Origin: Lepidodermella squamata
Lineage: Eukaryota; Animalia; Gastrotricha
Reading direction: 5' to 3'
DNA length: 64,000 bases
Assembly: GCA_047495785.1 (NCBI GenBank)
Contig: JBLDXI010000049.1
Coordinates: 1 to 64,000 of the forward strand
Made by a program: the position numbers and the translations under genes. The first letter of the stretch is position 1. Each line of letters opens with the position of its first letter. The notes below the pieces were generated by a model, which was not told where the DNA came from, searched no databases, and saw only the letters and a list, made by a program, of their open reading frames with translations. Positions 1-10,751 of this stretch are shown one piece after another.

Positions 1-1
1 C

Positions 2-2291
2 AAAGTTATATTTTAAGGTGGATCTTTTATTTTTTTTATTTCTCAAGTATTTTTATTTTCCGTTTTTTTTCAAATTCAGCTCATCGAAACCGGCAATAAC
101 TTGGCTCATCATCGCGTCGTTGCTTTCATCATGAAATCAGCAATGTTAGGCCTCTATTATTGCTATCCAAAAATCAGCGAAAACAAAAAATCCAGCAATA
201 GATGTTTTGTTCCAGTTCGATGTCCAAGTTGCAGCAAAACATATCTATCTATGTTGAGTGTTTATTGTCTCATGTCATGGGGGAGCTTAAACGAAGACAG
301 GTGTTTCTTGATACAATTTATTCAGAAAATCAGCTGAAATCACAATGAGCCTTAAATATCACTCAAATTGCGCGGTTTTTGCACTCAATGAAGCTGAAAA
401 TGAGCGCGGTTAATCCCGAATCCATATTCCGGATGTCCGTAACGAAGTCACACTTTTAAAGTCCGATGAATAAGCTCGTTTCCTTGGCTGTGCGCTTTCA
501 AATATAATAGCGTGACCGAGACGGGCTATATTTGGCCGTTTTTCCGCACTCAATGACCCCCTCTTGAGCTTTTCAATATATTCGCACTCCAATCCAGGAC
601 AATAAATTTCCTTGAAATTTCCCAATAATTTCCAAAGCGCATTTTATGACTGAAAAATGTATTCTAATGTGACTGAAATATACTATTGTTATTAATTCTT
701 TTGAGTATTGATACTCAAGAAAATTGATACTGTTTAAACAATTGGTTGATTGTTTATTTTAATCACCCAACTACCACAGCCAGTATAATCGTCACGGTAA
801 AAAACGGACATGGGGCTAATTTATCAACTTGAACAATGAGATATGAGAGCGCAAAATTGTAAGCCGACCCGCTTATTTTTCGCGATAAATAATATAAATT
901 TGCTAGAAGAAAATCCGAATACGACAACAACAATTTACGGGCACGGATATTTTATTATTTTTTTTTAATGGAGCATGCATACTATTTTTTCCCGATGAGT
1001 TTGCCAAAGATTGCTTGCAAATTTTTTAATTTTCTATAGCTTTTTATGAGGTAAAATTAAGATGAAAGTTATCGACGATTCAATTTCTAATTCGTCGAAA
1101 AATCTCAGCCTTGGGTGCATGACATAGCCGAAAATGATAATGGTCGATGTTGAGTCGTCACGTGACAATGTCATGCACCCAAGGCTGAGATTTTTCGACG
1201 AATTAGAAATTGAATCGTCGATAACTTTCATCTTAATTTTACCTCATAAAAAGCTATAGAAAATTAAAAAATTTGCAAGCAATCTTTGGCAAACTCATCG
1301 GGAAAAAATAGTATGCATGCTCCATTAAAAAAAAATAATAAAATATCCGTGCCCGTAAATTGTTGTTGTCGTATTCGGATTTTCTTCTAGCAAATTTATA
1401 TTATTTATCGCGAAAAATAAGCGGGTCGGCTTACAATTTTGCGCTCTCATATCTCATTGTTCAAGTTGATAAATTAGCCCCATGTCCGTTTTTTACCGTG
1501 ACGATTATACTGGCTGTGGTAGTTGGGTGATTAAAATAAACAATCAACCAATTGTTTAAACAGTATCAATTTTCTTGAGTATCAATACTCAAAAGAATTA
1601 ATAACAATAGTATATTTCAGTCACATTAGAATACATTTTTCAGTCATAAAATGCGCTTTGGAAATTATTGGGAAATTTCAAGGAAATTTATTGTCCTGGA
1701 TTGGAGTGCGAATATATTGAAAAGCTCAAGAGGGGGTCATTGAGTGCGGAAAAACGGCCAAATATAGCCCGTCTCGGTCACGCTATTATATTTGAAAGCG
1801 CACAGCCAAGGAAACGAGCTTATTCATCGGACTTTAAAAGTGTGACTTCGTTACGGACATCCGGAATATGGATTCGGGATTAACCGCGCTCATTTTCAGC
1901 TTCATTGAGTGCAAAAACCGCGCAATTTGAGTGATATTTAAGGCTCATTGTGATTTCAGCTGATTTTCTGAATAAATTGTATCAAGAAACACCTGTCTTC
2001 GTTTAAGCTCCCCCATGACATGAGACAATAAACACTCAACATAGATAGATATGTTTTGCTGCAACTTGGACATCGAACTGGAACAAAACATCTATTGCTG
2101 GATTTTTTGTTTTCGCTGATTTTTGGATAGCAATAATAGAGGCCTAACATTGCTGATTTCATGATGAAAGCAACGACGCGATGATGAGCCAAGTTATTGC
2201 CGGTTTCGATGAGCTGAATTTGAAAAAAAACGGAAAATAAAAATACTTGAGAAATAAAAAAAATAAAAGATCCACCTTAAAATATAACTTT
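2..2291. repeat. Giant inverted repeat (palindrome): arms 2-1125 and 1168-2291, 42-bp spacer
   Basis: Paired positions sum to 2293. Identical mirror ORFs 101..337/1956..2192 and 410..625/1668..1883. Left arm ends ...GGGTGCATGACAT and right arm starts ATGTCATGCACCC. Confidence 0.97.
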
Positions 2292-2398
2292 ATTGCAATT
2301 TTTTATTTCGCAGTTTCTTCGACTTTGCTTTTGCTGCTCAAATCTCACGCTCACGTTGCCGTCGTATTTTGCGTTTTCAATCATTTCTGCCCGTCAAT

Positions 2399-3823
2399 AT
2401 GCAAAACTCGGTTAATGTAACTGCTGAAAACAGCACTGCGACTACGACGGTGACCTCGGCACCGGCGGCTGTTGAGGACCGCGACGACTTTGAGCCGAAA
2501 ACCGACCTCAACACGATGCTCTTCACCGAGGTCTACCGCCCGCCGGCGCAGTTTGTGCGCGGTGAGAACTTTTACGCGCAGCACACCTTCTCGAGCCCGG
2601 ACGTCGAGCGTTTCGTCCGTCGCCACATCAAACTCACAAACGCCTATTCGAAAGGTAAAAAATGACGATTTTCCTACATTTCGAACCTGTAATTAAGATT
2701 GGAACTAGCAGGCTCGTTGGGTTCTCTGATCATTTTCCTGAAATTACCGGGAGAAATAAGACATTTTCAATCAGATACTATGGGTTCTCATTAGGGAAAA
2801 TCGATAATTTTTTAATTAATTGGGGACTTGACCGATGAGTAAACAGCGCTAATTTCTGTTTCTGTCAATTTATTTCCAATTTTTTTCTAACTTTGATAAT
2901 AATTATGGCATGCAAGCTCAATTTTCCGTTTCGGGACCAAAGCCATACATAATTTTTCAAACTGGTGCTGTTTTTTTTAATTAATTCTAAATTCGATTAA
3001 ATCCCCGATAACTAATCGTAGATTAGACGGATAATTCAATGCGGGGAATACGAATCATTCATATAAAGTAATATTTTTCAGAAATTGGTAAATGGGATTT
3101 GGAGACAATTGAGACGCAAATTTTCCGCTACGGTTCGGCGATGGTCAACAGCGAGCAGGGTGGTGCGATTGTCTTCGGCGTTTCGGAAGAACGAGATGGC
3201 GATAAAGGTGGCACGGTTAAGGGCTGTCGAATCAGCAAAGAGGAAAAACTTCGAGCATGGAACGAATACATCAATGACGCTCTGGCTGAACTCGAGGCCT
3301 TTGACAGCACTGAAACTGGTCAGGTCAACAAAAACGTCGAGGTAAATAATACGAAAACGCGCTTGAATTCGGAAACACTTTTTATTTATTATTTCAGGTT
3401 CAAATTAAAATGTTCGATATTGTCAACGCTCCGGAGGATCAGGATCAAATCGAAGACGCGCGAATGGTGTTGGTTTTCGTGTTTTTCATCCCGAAGAAGC
3501 CTGAGAGCTCTAGTGAGATCAACTTCGTCGGCGCCCCGCATCCTGATGGATCGCTTCACGTTTACCTGCCATTGGATGATTACAAGAAGTACGAGGCAGG
3601 TGAGAAATCGACGCAAGGGCGTGGATTTGAAACGAAGGGACCGTTGACAACTGGCCAGATTCGTCGCATTCTCCACGAGAAGAAAAACCGATTTGATGAT
3701 GAGAATTTGTCAGCGATTCAGAAGAGCATGAAGTGCTGGTATTGCACGCCGCGATCTTACAAGCCAGGTCAAGATGAAGATAGCTTGCCTCGCAACTCAG
3801 GCAAACAGCGAAAGTCTGCTTAA
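2399..3823 (+). CDS. Schlafen/AlbA_2-domain protein; exons 2399-2654, 3082-3341, 3398-3823
   Basis: GT-AG introns (phases 1 and 0) join three ORF-track fragments in frame. Motif IFRYGSAMVNSEQGGAIVFGVSEE...GTVKG resembles the AlbA_2 core (SAFxNxxGGxlxxGVxD...G). AATAAA near 3887. Confidence 0.75.
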
Positions 3824-4180
3824 ATAATTGAGAGAAAGCTTGAAGAAACCGATAAAACAAACCTCGACTAAAATTCGTTTTCATCCAATAAATTACATGT
3901 TACGTAAAAACGAGTTCTCAGTTCTCCGATTTGAAACAAAAAATAAGGTCTCGTCATATTCATAAGATTTATTGCGGATGAGCGATAGATAAATTAAACT
4001 GAATGAAAGCTCGATAAGTTTTTCAATGACGACAATTTCACTTGAAGAGATTGTGTTGAGAGCATACTTCGTAGTTAGCTTTTGGTTCTCGTAAACAGCT
4101 CAGCCGCGGAGATCTGGAGAACGGAAAAAGTAAAATCAGCAATGCTCTATTAAAAGCAATATGTAGCTCAGTCAAGAGCA

Positions 4181-4243
4181 CAATCAGTAAGACTAATCTG
4201 CTAATCAAAGTAATCATAATCGTCGCAGAAGTTCATCATGAAA
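4181..4243 (-). ncRNA. Box C/D snoRNA, copy 1 (28S rRNA guide)
   Basis: ATGATGA-acttCTGCGACGATT-ATGA(D')-...TGATTA(C')-gcaGATTAGTCTTA-CTGA. The D-guide is complementary to the conserved LSU sequence AAGACUAAUC. Confidence 0.8.
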
Positions 4244-4485
4244 TCATCACAGAGGAGCGCAAAATATTAAATCTTACCATAGAGATCCATTTTTCATCCT
4301 TGATTGATTGACTGTTATCGTCTGCCGATAAGCTTCCAAATCAGAAGATGAGATTCGCAAAGTATAGTTCGCGCATATGTCAGGACTGCGTTTTCCTGGC
4401 AGAGATTCCAAATCTGAAATAAATGCAATCAATTATTCAGAGATCGATGCTGAGCCAATAGTGGGATATCGAGAAACAAAGATGT

Positions 4486-4551
4486 AAATCAGAAAGACTA
4501 ATCATACTAATCATTAAGATCATAATCGTCGCAGCAGTTTTCATCATCAAA
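4486..4551 (-). ncRNA. Box C/D snoRNA, copy 2 (28S rRNA guide)
   Basis: ATGATGA-aaactgCTGCGACGATT-ATGA-...ATGATTA-gtatGATTAGTCTTT-CTGA. The 11-nt guide is complementary to LSU AAAGACUAAUC. Confidence 0.85.
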
Positions 4552-4763
4552 AGCAGTAGGAGCAAGAGCGGCATACAGCCAATCATTCAGACGCTTGGAA
4601 GGGGTAAAAACTTACTCGGCAAGACGTGAACAAATAAACAACTCGAGAACGTGTTCGTGGATCAAAGAGGCAGCATCCAAACCTGAAAAATATACATCAG
4701 CATCATAAACGGGAATGAAAAATGAAGCAGTCTTAAACTCTGAAAACTAGTTCTAAACAAGTG

Positions 4764-4830
4764 TATTCAGAAAGACTAATCAACTATTAATCATAAGTTT
4801 TCATTGTCGCAGCTGTGTTTCATCATTTGA
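4764..4830 (-). ncRNA. Box C/D snoRNA, copy 3 (28S rRNA guide)
   Basis: ATGATGA-aacacagCTGCGACA-ATGA-...ATGATTA-atagttGATTAGTCTTT-CTGA. Confidence 0.85.
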
Positions 4831-5524
4831 GTTTAAATCAAGAAGAAAAAGAACATGATAATATGTATTACCTTCCATTTATGATTGCCTCGTAGATTTC
4901 AGGTAGTGAATTGAAAATATCGCATGGTTTCTCGCGATTCAGGGATGCAGTCACTACTATTCTTAGTAGAAAGTGGACACAATCACTCACTGAGAGAAGC
5001 GAAAGCCCCCACGGAATTAGCCCAAAATCATGGCTGAGTGTGATAGTCAATCGATAACATCCAGCCCAGCAGAATATAAATGTGGGATAAGGCTCAGATA
5101 AAAAAACTACGAAACTTGAGTTGTGATGTTCAAAGCGTGGTGGAGAAAACAAGCCTGCTCAAGCTTCAGAACACGTGGGGGAGCAAGGAGCGCGCGCAGA
5201 CCTCACGTCAAGAACGTCGGGGCATTTATTTTTATTACAAAAACATTACTAATAACAAAGTTTAATAATTTTTATATGGCGAAACAAAGTTCTGAAATCA
5301 GTTATAACCGTGGTAAATTTATTCGGTGACGACATGTTTTTTTTGGCGACGAACAAGCTCTTGACAACGTTTCTACATGGCCTCCTGACATAAAAAAATT
5401 GCGTTAGAGCAATGTGGCTCAGAGTTAATCGATGGGATTGATAAACCAGCTCAGGATTACATTACATGAATTACAGGCGATGCTATAGACTCTGCATCCT
5501 CGTCATTCTCCTATCCAAACTTGT

Positions 5525-8028
5525 TTACTGGTCGCATGGAACAAGGTGGGTTTTCACACTCTTTGCTAGCGGGAACAAGTGCATAGTCAGAAAAACCATA
5601 CCCGTGATGACCAGAGACGTTGCTGCCGAGGCTATCGTGATATGCGCAGGGTTTACCGAGAAAAATGTCCAAGTTATTCCAGCGCTGGCGTAAATAATAA
5701 GGCCGATTCCGTAGCCAAGGAATCTCAATGGCTGAATCGCTAAATCACCTTGCTCATCAAAATTCTTCAGCCGAAAGCTATAGAATGCTGAACGGAGAAA
5801 TACCAGGGTATAAATTGAAATTAATGCAATCGGTATGCCGAAACGAGCATCATTTGAACCTGTGAATTTACAACTGCTCGCATAAAACTGATACTGCAAG
5901 CTGCGGTCATAATTAGGTTGCAAGAACCGAGTGTAGAACGGACTCAATTCAAGTGGTGAAAGAGCCAGCATTAAGCCAACTAGCAATGCTTGAGATGCTG
6001 TATAGATAGCAACACACAGAAAAGCCAGCTTTTGTTTCCTAAGCAATTTGTTTGTATCAACCTTGACTCGAGAGATTGATCGTCCAAGCCCGGACTGGGA
6101 TGACGATAGATTGAGGCGCACGAAACGAGTGGATGTTGATTTTCTGCTCACTGATTTAGATGCCTTCTGTTCCCAGAGAGCGGAGGAATATAAAACGTGT
6201 AATTTCGCCAAAATTGAAGAGGCAAGAAATGTAAAACCAGTTACCAGGAACACAGATGCCGCGTAGCAATATACTGATGCGAAATATCCCGAAGCTGGTA
6301 ACAGCAATACACCTATCAACATTAGGCATCGCCCAGCCGTCATGGAGAAGCCCAGATAGTCGGATTTCTTCGCTTTCAACAAATAGATTGTTACGCTGAA
6401 TTCGGCAGCTAAGAGCGGGCCGGCTAATACCTTTAGCACAACCTCCGTTTCGAAATTGATAATTGGTTCAGCGACATAAATTATCTGCAATGAATCTGGG
6501 GGCCGTTGAGAGTTCCAAGTTCTCCAAATTATTGGATTCAGACCAAACTTGAGTTTACTTTGGGCGGATTTCAAAGAGCTGTCGTAAACGGCGATAGGCA
6601 CAGGTGCGAAATCAGAGCATGCTTTGCATTTCAACTGATTTTGGAAAAAGCCAGTTTTCCCAACTCGAGAGTTCAAGCCATGACCAATTAGATCTGAGCC
6701 TATCGATTTGAAGCGAATTTTCTCCAACACGCCTATAAGAATAGACCTAACATAAGCCCCATTGTTGCGGAAATTTGGAGAGTCAGTAGTCCAATTGCTT
6801 AACGACTGCCCTGACGACCTCAAAATTTTATCGACCCGGTCTAGAGCAAGCATTGCCGTGACTTGTTGTGTGTAGCAAGCCCCGCGGATGGCGTACCACG
6901 TAAGTCCTAGCGACTCCGGATTATCTATGCTGGATGTCAAATATGCATCATAATCCCTGCCAGAAATTCCAAACTCGTCTTTGAAATCTGGATCCAGTCT
7001 GTAAGGTGCACCATAATAAAAATAGATGACGCTAGCCTGAATTTCACGCAACATCTGATCGGTACAATTATCGAGACGAAACCATGTATCTGCTGGAAAA
7101 TAAGCCGCTCCAAACATTATAAACACGTATTCTGGACCAACAACACCTTGATGATGCAATGCACATGCTAAACAAGATCCGAAATTAGTGTTCATCATGA
7201 TGATCCGCGCTTGGCTCTTAGCAATTTCACTGGCTACTTCCTCGTAATATTCCGGTAGGGGCAAATTCGGCCGGTCGGGCATTTTTAATTTGGTCCGGCC
7301 AATTAAGCTGATGTTTTGCTGCGCGAGATGGAAGAGGAGAGTTGTCTCATACTGAAATACAAACCTATCTTATCGAGTAGTTGTAGATCTTAAAATTCTA
7401 CCTCTGACCACCATTCCGCTCCATCTGTCATTAAGAACAGCTTGCTCCAACCCTGACTGCTAATGAAATGCGGTACAGCTTCCATAACAGATTCTAGAGA
7501 CGGTAACAGTGAGAAGAAAGAATTGAACAGCTTTCGATTCGTGTAATGGGCCATTGTGTCACTCAATTCCGAAATGGATACGAAGTTGTAAAGCGGCAAA
7601 TAAGCGGCTGTGAACGCATTTCCGTCGCACATGGGCCCAGTCATCAGAGGCACGGTCTTCGTTAGATTTTCTGCCCTTTGATTCCGCCGCCCCGTAGAGC
7701 TTGAAACAAGGCTGTTTAGCACTCCAGTCGTAAGCCTAACAGAAGTCTCGTAGTCGCACTCGTCGTCATACATCGCAACTGACATATCATAATCTGTCAA
7801 GATCGAGAGATTTCTTGCCCGTTCAAGAGCTAATTTGACGCCCTCTGTGCAAACGGGCCCAAGTCCGAGAAAGCCACTGTAAACTTGAACGCTTGTCATT
7901 GTCAACTCTGTCAGGTTTCTGGATGGATCTTTCGGTAATCTTACGATTTCGGGCATCGGAAGATTCAGCGGTAACTTCGCACCAGCTGACATCACCCAGA
8001 CCGCAGATATAAGGGTTAATAGTTTCAT
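5525..8028 (-). CDS. Class C GPCR, GABA-B-receptor-like (Venus flytrap + 7TM); exons 8028-7402, 7351-5525
   Basis: Signal peptide; ANF-receptor-like N-terminus (ILTDYDMSVAMYDDECD, LMTGPMC); C-terminal hydrophobic 7TM with no cysteine-rich domain. A 50-nt GT-AG intron joins the two ORFs in frame. Confidence 0.85.
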
Positions 8029-8275
8029 GCTTCAAAATACGAGTTTTGATCGAACTTTCGAGATTAAAAGAGCAATTTTCTTGCTGCCTTTGGCTGTTTG
8101 AGACAGGTAATCAAGATCGCGAAAATTGCTTCTTACAAATTGACGTAGACTATATTCCAATTAGAAAATTGGCTTGAAACTTGATCTAGGTTGTCTTTAT
8201 CACGCACAAACAAAAATTACGAATGATGGACTTTTTTTATTTCAAATGACAGAAACTGAAGACATTTCGAAGCCA

Positions 8276-10258
8276 TTAATGAGTGGAATAATCATGGTAG
8301 CTTCTGGTCGGAGCTGATTTCCTCTTTTGAAGCGCATCATCTCTTCGACTACGACAGCAAGGAAAGAGACGACAGAAAGCGAGCCGCAAATCGGCGCTGA
8401 ATAGCGTGTACAAAATAGGATTTAAGGCGCTGTTGCAAAATCCAAGCCAAGAAAACGCCCGTGATGCATCCTGCGAAACTTGGCACGATGCCAAATCGTC
8501 GCTTGATGCGACGTATAAGCACATCCAATTGATAAGATGGGCACAAAACGACGGGCAGCGGCACATGAAATACAACATTAGAATCGTGATGAGGATTATC
8601 GACGATTTTCGATCTTTCAGCATGGCTGAGGATGATTTTATCTTGCTTCTCACAACAGATGTTATCGTGACAGATCGGCGCAGTTTCGAAGTCGCAGATT
8701 CAAACTCTTGCCCGATCAGCTCAATGTCGATTTCAGAGTTATTTCGGGATGAGTACAAGCTTTTTGTCACAGAATCTTCTAGTGTTTGTGACATTGTCGT
8801 TGAATTACTATAAGTTTTCGTCGTCGCTCTATTCGGTTTGGAAATGAGCTGTTTTTGGAAGGAGCCAGTTCGAACTGCCTCATTATTCTTTAAATGAAAG
8901 TTGGTTGATTGCGTTGTTGTGTCTGATTCGGTTCGGCTCAAGTTATTTTTCCCGGTGTTTATCAAACCAGCCGCTATCATGGTTTTGCAGATGACGGAAG
9001 CTGAATTTTCACCCTCATCCAGCTCGCTTCGACGCTTTCTGAACGTCGACGAATGTCTGCGACGTATCGATTTTCGGTTGGCGACTTTTCGCAACGTCAT
9101 CAAAATGGACACGTACAGATATATTACGAATGCACTGGGCAAGAAGAAGGAAAACGCAGAAGAGTAGAACAAGTAGGGCAGATTCGTAATCTGGCATGTC
9201 CCAACTGGTTGGCTGACGTCATTCACTGGAAAATCATACAATTTGATCAAAGGATTAATATGTGTCGCTCTAATTTATTGACTTGTACATTTAAATAAAA
9301 AGTCAACGGGTCACTGATTTTGGCATTTTGGGACTGTCTGGCGCAATATCCGAAAAGGAAAAATCCAGCTTAAAAATGTGAATTTTCATTCCCGTGCATT
9401 TTTGCGCCCTAAAAACTTGAAGCAGCCCAGAAGAGAAGAAAGTGATGATTCATATACTAATCACATCGGTGTGTGATGTCTCCGCGTAATCCCTACTAAA
9501 AGCGGAGTTCCTGCCCGTGGAAAAATGTGTGGCTGAAATGAGGATTAACTTCAGAAGATGATCAATGAAGATTCACTGCCTACTGAAACGTAGGGGCTCA
9601 GAACAAATTTTAGAAAGCTTGGAATCCTAAGTGAAATTTAAAATGTTAGAAGCTCACCCAAAAGTATAGGAATAGAAAGCGCAATCGAAAATATCCAAAC
9701 ACAGCTTATCGGCAGACCGATTGCTAGCCAGGGTCGATTCATCGTGTTGATATTTGAGAATTCGAACGGCTTTCGAACCGCGAGGTATCTGATGTAAGCT
9801 ATTGCCGCGGAGCCTAAAATCGAGGCTATCGACGCAATTTGCCCGATGACGAGCCAGGCGTAGCACAGCTCACGGTCCAGCATCCAAGGTCGGCCGTAAA
9901 TTTCGATGTAAGCTTCGAGTGGGATTATCAAAACGCCGACTATCAGATCGGCAAATGCGAGGGATGCGAGGAAGCAGTTGGCTGCTGTTTTCAAGGATCT
10001 GTCGAAGGATACTACTAGAACGACAAGGCAATTGCCAGCTACGGTAACTGAGCCGAAAATTCCGAGTACGACGAACAGCACGATTTGTATCATAGTTAAT
10101 TCTAATGAGTTATGTGGACGATTGCTGCCAGCAGTTGTATTGTGTGAAATTGAAGTTCGCAATGTGAAGAGGTCTGAGGAACTGATCATGCCGTTATCAG
10201 GCGAGTTTTGGCTCGTGAACGGCGCGTAGTGAAACTTAATGAATTCAATATCGGGCAT
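8276..10258 (-). CDS. Divergent aminergic-type class A GPCR; 2 exons (10258-9658, ~9267-8276)
   Basis: GNCLVV (TM1), FLASLAFADLIVG (TM2), NSALNPILY (TM7) and a long ICL3. Key motifs are altered: IRY, Gly at 3.32, CRCP. The in-frame acceptor is a weak GAG, so that boundary is uncertain. Confidence 0.85.
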
Positions 10259-10751
10259 TTGTTCTAAATTCAATTAAAAAAATCGGGTAAAATGGGCAAT
10301 GTTCATGTCAGTAACCGAAATAAAACACGTGAATTTAAATGACCTGTCTGTTTTGTTTAAAAATTAATCAAGCGTGACGCAAACTTAGGCTAATGAGTAT
10401 TCGGGACTGAAAGTGCGCTATACTTTTCGGGTTAGCCCGAAGCCCTACCGCATTCGCGTAGCTTAAGGGTGCGGAAGTAATCCTCTTAAACTTGCAATCA
10501 AACGGGATTTTTGCGATGTATCACCGAAATCTGTCGTTTTATTCGATAAAATTTGTTAGAAACACAGACAAGAATAAAATTACTGTCGCATCGAGTTCGC
10601 GAGATCAAGAAAAAATATAATATAACAAGAAGAAAATGATTCTATTTTTGTAAGCACAAGAATGTTTTAATCAGCAAAGAAGTTTATTTATATTGCAAGC
10701 GTAGAAGAAGCGAGTAGGAGGAGCTTGGAATCCAGGTTTTTGTATGATTCA

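Larger units (their letters stand above)
3950..5150 (-). ncRNA. Spliced non-coding snoRNA host gene; introns 4683-4871, 4414-4615, 4114-4277
   Basis: Canonical donors (GTAAT/GTAAG) and acceptors (TTTCAG/TCCAG). The spliced exons give no continuous ORF in any frame. Each intron holds one C/D snoRNA. Minus-strand AATAAA near 3970. The 5' end is approximate. Confidence 0.75.

Noticed and set aside
101-2192. Duplicated short ORFs in the palindrome as genes
   Set aside because: Non-ATG starts, no domain, and the duplication is a consequence of the inverted repeat.
2161-2217. Possible C/D snoRNA (ATGATGA...CTGA) in the palindrome arm
   Set aside because: No terminal stem, only a partial guide match to LSU rRNA from memory, and the opposite strand looks like a spliced exon. 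Not supportable without data.
4868-5152. 94-aa ORF as a protein-coding gene
   Set aside because: TTG start, and the frame terminates early after splicing. Better explained as snoRNA host exons.
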